Assembly (NCBI GenBank): GCA_043819795.1
Contig: JBDREN010000225.1
Span: forward strand, 1-28,767
Direction of reading: 5' to 3'
DNA: 28,767 nt
Source: Elusimicrobiota bacterium
Lineage (GTDB): Bacteria > Elusimicrobiota > Elusimicrobia > UBA1565
The notes under the pieces are model-generated. The model worked only from the letters and a program-made list of their open reading frames with translations, ran no database searches and was not told the origin of the DNA. The translations under genes and the position numbers were made by a program. Positions 25,330-28,767 of the stretch are shown piece after piece. Position 1 is the first letter of the stretch. Each line of letters opens with the position of its first letter.

Positions 25330-25679
25330 TAGGAGTGCGTGCCGAGGATCACCTTCACCCCGAACTTCTCCTCCAGGATGCCCTTGACCTTCTCGAAGTC
25401 GATGGGGCAGGCCGCGGTGCGCATCGCGATCTTCATGCATGTCCCGAAGTGCACGGTGTCGAACTCGCGCCCGAGGCTCTTGGTGACCTCCTTGAGGAGC
25501 TTGACGCGGGGGACGACGAGCCCCGGGCAGTCGCCGCAGTCGCTCATGGCGGTCAGCTCGATCGCGTCGTGGCGGGCGTACTCTCCGTTCTTTTCCGCCA
25601 TGCCCTTGTGGCACTTGGCGCAGGCGATGCACGACACGTCCTTGATGCGCTTGCAGCTCAGGACCGCGATCTTGGCCAT
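25326..25679 (-). CDS. CGGC-domain (putative metal/Fe-S binding) protein
   Basis: MAKIAVLSC...C.AC.KC...CGDCPG...VHFGTC...CP...VILGTH; ATG 25679 with GGAGG upstream. Confidence 0.88.
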   Translation of the reverse strand: MAKIAVLSCKRIKDVSCIACAKCHKGMAEKNGEYARHDAIELTAMSDCGDCPGLVVPRVKLLKEVTKSLGREFDTVHFGTCMKIAMRTAACPIDFEKVKGILEEKFGVKVILGTHSY

Positions 25680-25704
25680 TGCCCCCCTCCCTGCCCGGGC
25701 GGTG

Positions 25705-26352
25705 TTATCCTTGCTCCAGGGCCGCGACCGCGGCCGCGAAGACCTCGTCGACCGGGCGGTCGCCGTCGATCGACTTGAGCAGGCCCCGCTCTTTGTAGAA
25801 ATCCTTGAGGGGGCGCGTCTGCTTCTCGTAGACATCCAGCCGGTTGCGGATGGTCGCCTCGTTGTCGTCGTCCCGCTGGATGATGCCGCCGCCGCACTTG
25901 GCGCAGGCCCCGTCGTCGCCCGGGGGGTTGCTCAGGAGGTTATAGTCGGCGCCGCACTTGGCGCAGCTGCGGCGGTTGGTCAGGCGCGCCACGATCTTGT
26001 CGTAGTCCACGTCGATGTCCACGACCGCGTCGAGGCGGATCTTGATCCCGGAGAGGAGCTTCTCCAACCCCTCGGCCTGGGGGACCGTGCGCGGGAAGCC
26101 GTCGAGGATGAAGCCTTCCTCGCAGTCGTCCCGCTGCAGGCGCTCCCCGACCATCCCCATGATCAGCTCGTCGGGCACCAGCTCGCCCCGGTCCATATAG
26201 CCCTTGGCCCGCTTGCCCAGCTCGGTCTGGTCCTTGACCGCGGCCCGCAGGATGTCCCCGGTCGATATCTGCGGGATGGGATACTTCTTCATGATCTTCT
26301 TCGCCTGCGTCCCCTTTCCGACTCCCGGGGCGCCCAACAGCATGATGCGCAT
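25705..26352 (-). CDS. adk: Adenylate kinase with 4-Cys zinc LID
   Basis: GAPGVGKGTQA, ISTGDILR, GELVPDE, GFILDGFPRT, CAKC...CAKC, QRDDDNE. Confidence 0.97.
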   Translation of the reverse strand: MRIMLLGAPGVGKGTQAKKIMKKYPIPQISTGDILRAAVKDQTELGKRAKGYMDRGELVPDELIMGMVGERLQRDDCEEGFILDGFPRTVPQAEGLEKLLSGIKIRLDAVVDIDVDYDKIVARLTNRRSCAKCGADYNLLSNPPGDDGACAKCGGGIIQRDDDNEATIRNRLDVYEKQTRPLKDFYKERGLLKSIDGDRPVDEVFAAAVAALEQG

Positions 26353-26453
26353 AGATGTCTCCTTATCGTTCCGTGGTGTCTTGTGTCGCCCCGCGGGCGC
26401 GAACCCGCGGGGCTCTCCCGGATCCGGCCGCCGTGTCCGCGCTCAGGACGGAC

Positions 26454-26921
26454 TCAGTTCGACTCCACCGGGATGTTCATGACGATGGCCTGGAGCTTCT
26501 CCATGGTGTCGATGTAGCGCTTGAAGTAGATCTCGGAGATCTTGGTCTGGATCACGTGCCCCGTGCGCGGGTCCTCGTCCATGAGCTTTTTCAGGACGGA
26601 AACCTCGATCCTGAGGATCTTGGCGTCCGCCGTGCACTGGGCCATGAGGGTGTAGGCGTCCATCGCGAAGGAGATGCAGCCGCCGAACATGGCGCCCTCG
26701 GTGAGCTGGTCGATAAGGAGGTTCACTCCGCCTTTGCCGGGCAGCTTGAGGGCAACCTCCCCGCTGAGCACGATGTAGAAGTAGTTGGCCTTAGCCCCGC
26801 GGTGATAGACCGTGTCGCCCGCCTTGAGCGTGGCGACCTTGGAGCCCTCGCTCAGACGGTTGACCTGTTCGGGACGCAGGAACTTGAAAATCTCTTGTTT
26901 CTTCAGGGTCTCGACAGCCAT
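26454..26921 (-). CDS. Stand-alone cyclic nucleotide-binding domain protein
   Basis: IFKFL, GDTVYHRG.KANYFYIVLSGEV, GAMFG; no C-terminal HTH; AAGGAGG upstream. Confidence 0.88.
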   Translation of the reverse strand: MAVETLKKQEIFKFLRPEQVNRLSEGSKVATLKAGDTVYHRGAKANYFYIVLSGEVALKLPGKGGVNLLIDQLTEGAMFGGCISFAMDAYTLMAQCTADAKILRIEVSVLKKLMDEDPRTGHVIQTKISEIYFKRYIDTMEKLQAIVMNIPVESN

Positions 26922-26952
26922 GATGCCCCTCCTTGTGAACGGGATTTATTCC

Positions 26953-26980
26953 AGTGTAGCAAAAAAACCAGCGCTGGCAA
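26953..26980 (-). promoter_or_regulatory. Putative sigma70 promoter for the cNMP-adk-CGGC operon
   Basis: Minus strand TTGCCA-N16-TACACT with TG-n extended -10, in the AT-rich divergent intergenic region. Confidence 0.5.
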
Positions 26981-27094
26981 GACGCCTTATCGGGGCTAAA
27001 AACCGGTACAATAACGTCCACAAAGACAGGCCATGAGAGACCCCTTCAAGGCGATGCGGATGGCCGAGGCCAGAGTGGGGAGGCGGGGGCGACC

Positions 27095-28063
27095 ATGCAC
27101 CTTCCGGTAGCCGATATCGAGGTGTTCCCGTTGCTGCCGCCGGCGGTGGCCTTCCTGGTCTCGTTTTTCACCTCGCCGGCGGGGGTCTCCGGGGCTTTCC
27201 TGTTGCTGCCCTTTCAGGTGAGCGTGCTTGGTTTCGCCGGCCCCGCCGTCAGCTCCACCAATCTTGTCTATAACATCGTCGCCATCCCCGGCGGCGTGTA
27301 CCGCTATTGCCGGGAAGGGCGCATGGCCTGGCCCCTGGCCTGGATAATCATCGCCGGCACCATGCCCGGAGTATTCGCCGGCGCTTTCGTGCGCGTGCGG
27401 TATCTGCCGGATCCCGCCGCATTCAAGGTCTTCGCGGGATTGGTGCTGCTCTTTCTCGGAGGGCAATTGCTTTACCAGAACGGCGGACGCCGCCGGAAAA
27501 GGGGGGGGGAGTTGAGAGCCCTCGATGAGAGATTCAAGCGCCGAGCGCAAGAGGCGAGGGCTCGAGGCCGGTCCGCGGTCTCGGCGGGGCTGCCTCCGGA
27601 GGCGGTCGTCAGGACTGTCCGCTTCTCGCTTCGGAGATATGAGTTCGAATTCTGGGGCGAGCGTTTTTCTTTCGATCCCCTGGTCCTCTTCTGCGTGACC
27701 CTCGTCGTGGGCGTCGTCGGCGGGGCATACGGCATCGGCGGCGGGGCCATCATAGCCCCCTTTTGCGCCGTCTTTTTCGGCCTGCCGCTCTACGCGGTCG
27801 CCGGGGCAGCGCTCCTGGGGACTTTTGCCACGTCTATAGCGGGAGTGGCCTTCTACAGCGCGGTCATGCCCCGGTTCGCCGCCTCCGGCGTGGCGGTATC
27901 GCCGGATTGGATGCTGGGCTTTCTTTTCGGCGTCGGGGGCCTGCTGGGGATCTACTGCGGCGCGCGGTTCCAGAAGTTCGTTCCCGAAAGGGTCATCCGG
28001 CTGGTGCTGGGCCTGCTGATCATCGCCCTGGCGCTGCGGTACGTGACGTCGTGGGGTGGATAG
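27095..28063 (+). CDS. TauE/SafE-family sulfite exporter-like membrane protein
   Basis: Duplicated halves with GVSGAFLLLP and GAYGIGGGAIIAP, STNLVYN, multiple TM helices; GGGAGG upstream. Confidence 0.92.
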   Translation: MHLPVADIEVFPLLPPAVAFLVSFFTSPAGVSGAFLLLPFQVSVLGFAGPAVSSTNLVYNIVAIPGGVYRYCREGRMAWPLAWIIIAGTMPGVFAGAFVRVRYLPDPAAFKVFAGLVLLFLGGQLLYQNGGRRRKRGGELRALDERFKRRAQEARARGRSAVSAGLPPEAVVRTVRFSLRRYEFEFWGERFSFDPLVLFCVTLVVGVVGGAYGIGGGAIIAPFCAVFFGLPLYAVAGAALLGTFATSIAGVAFYSAVMPRFAASGVAVSPDWMLGFLFGVGGLLGIYCGARFQKFVPERVIRLVLGLLIIALALRYVTSWGG

Positions 28064-28089
28064 CGTTCGAATGCCGGGACGGGACGTCT

Positions 28090-28620
28090 CTACGTGTTCT
28101 CCGAGCCCGGTGTCTGGATGTCGCTGGCGTGGACGAGCTCCCGTATGACCTCGACGGTGCGCGCCACGCCGACCACCTTGTTGTCCTTCATCACGGGGAC
28201 GAAGCTGAGGTTTCGGTCCACCATCGCGCAGGCGACCCCGATGATGCTGTCGTCGTGATCCACGGAGTCTTTGATGGGGCGCATCACGTCGCTCACGGGG
28301 CGCTGGAGCCTGTCGCGGATGCCCTTCGAGAGTTTCGGGTGCGAGGAGCCGGACGCCTTCCCCAAGAGCCGAGGAAGGATGATGTTGGCCAGCGATTCGG
28401 GATCCATGCCTCGGAGGATGTCCCTGCGCCGGACCATCCCGAGCAACTCGTAGGCTTCGTTGAAGACGAGGACGCATCGGGGGAGCGACTTGCGGCCGCC
28501 CACGTCGAACTCCGCCTTTTCGAGTTCCGCCACGGCTTGGCGGATGGTGAACCAGTAGGGAATGTGCGGGTACGAATCGAGGGGTATCATGACGTCCGCT
28601 GCTTTCTTCACTTCCATCAT
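28090..28620 (-). CDS. CBS-domain pair protein
   Basis: KAADVMIPLDSYP, LLGMVRRRDIL, PVSDVMRP, VPVMKDNKVVGV; AGGAGG upstream. Confidence 0.9.
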   Translation of the reverse strand: MMEVKKAADVMIPLDSYPHIPYWFTIRQAVAELEKAEFDVGGRKSLPRCVLVFNEAYELLGMVRRRDILRGMDPESLANIILPRLLGKASGSSHPKLSKGIRDRLQRPVSDVMRPIKDSVDHDDSIIGVACAMVDRNLSFVPVMKDNKVVGVARTVEVIRELVHASDIQTPGSENT

Positions 28621-28626
28621 TCCCTC

Positions 28627-28767
28627 CTAGCTCAACGCGTCGGCGATAATGTCGGCCGGCAGGCCGCAGCGCCCGCTCAGGACCTCGACGTCCGTCCCCG
28701 CCCGCCGGGAGAGGCGCCGGAGATATTCCCGCTGGAAGCTCGCGCGCGCCTCCTCGAAAGGCTCCTT
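28627..28767 (-). CDS. 3' end (truncated by window) of a probable NtrC/Fis-type sigma-54-dependent regulator
   Basis: My translation KEPFEEARASFQREYLRRLSRRAGTDVEVLSGRCGLPADIIADALS* resembles the F.EA...FE..YL...L helix plus a degenerate Fis-type HTH; only 46 aa are visible. Confidence 0.55.
   Translation of the reverse strand, partial: KEPFEEARASFQREYLRRLSRRAGTDVEVLSGRCGLPADIIADALS

Noticed and set aside
25609..25623. CxxCH (CAKCH) heme c motif in the CGGC protein
   Set aside because: No signal peptide, and the cysteines belong to the CGGC-family pattern.
25330..25835. Listed N-terminal extensions of ORFs 24676-25632 and 25326-25835
   Set aside because: They overlap the CGGC and adk genes in other frames; better starts are TTG 25329 and ATG 25679.
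26974..26992. Sigma-54 promoter-like TGGCAAG upstream of tauE
   Set aside because: No GC at the required GG-N10-GC spacing.

Overview
High-GC bacterial DNA in two parts. (1) 1-17.4 kb is a cluster of predicted secreted/surface proteins. Several are built from shared modules (LamG, thrombospondin type-3 [TSP3] Ca-binding repeats, NHL and TolB-like beta-propellers, PA14, NosD-like beta-helix), including a ~2559-aa giant. Main observations: passenger domains are inserted five times at the same position inside a split TSP3 motif (plus a PA14 nested in a low-GC LamG); two different C-terminal tails are each shared by a pair of different proteins (a FIMAH-like helical tail and a short ELPPG...PPGFDxGKKxGW tail); and a duplicated ~95-bp promoter/operator cassette precedes two of the transcription units. 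(2) 17.6-28.8 kb is metabolic: FCY1-type cytosine deaminase, clan GH-A glycoside hydrolase, class II aldolase, SAM methyltransferase head-to-head with queC, a ~161-bp MITE-like palindrome that supplies the queC stop codon, and a cluster typical of anaerobes/sulfate reducers (frameshifted YeiH-type exporter, DUF5395, DVU0298-like, CGGC, adk, cNMP-binding, TauE, CBS, end of a probable sigma-54 regulator). No rRNA, tRNA, CRISPR, transposase, integrase or reverse transcriptase was recognised. All family assignments are by eye from motifs; no database searches were run.
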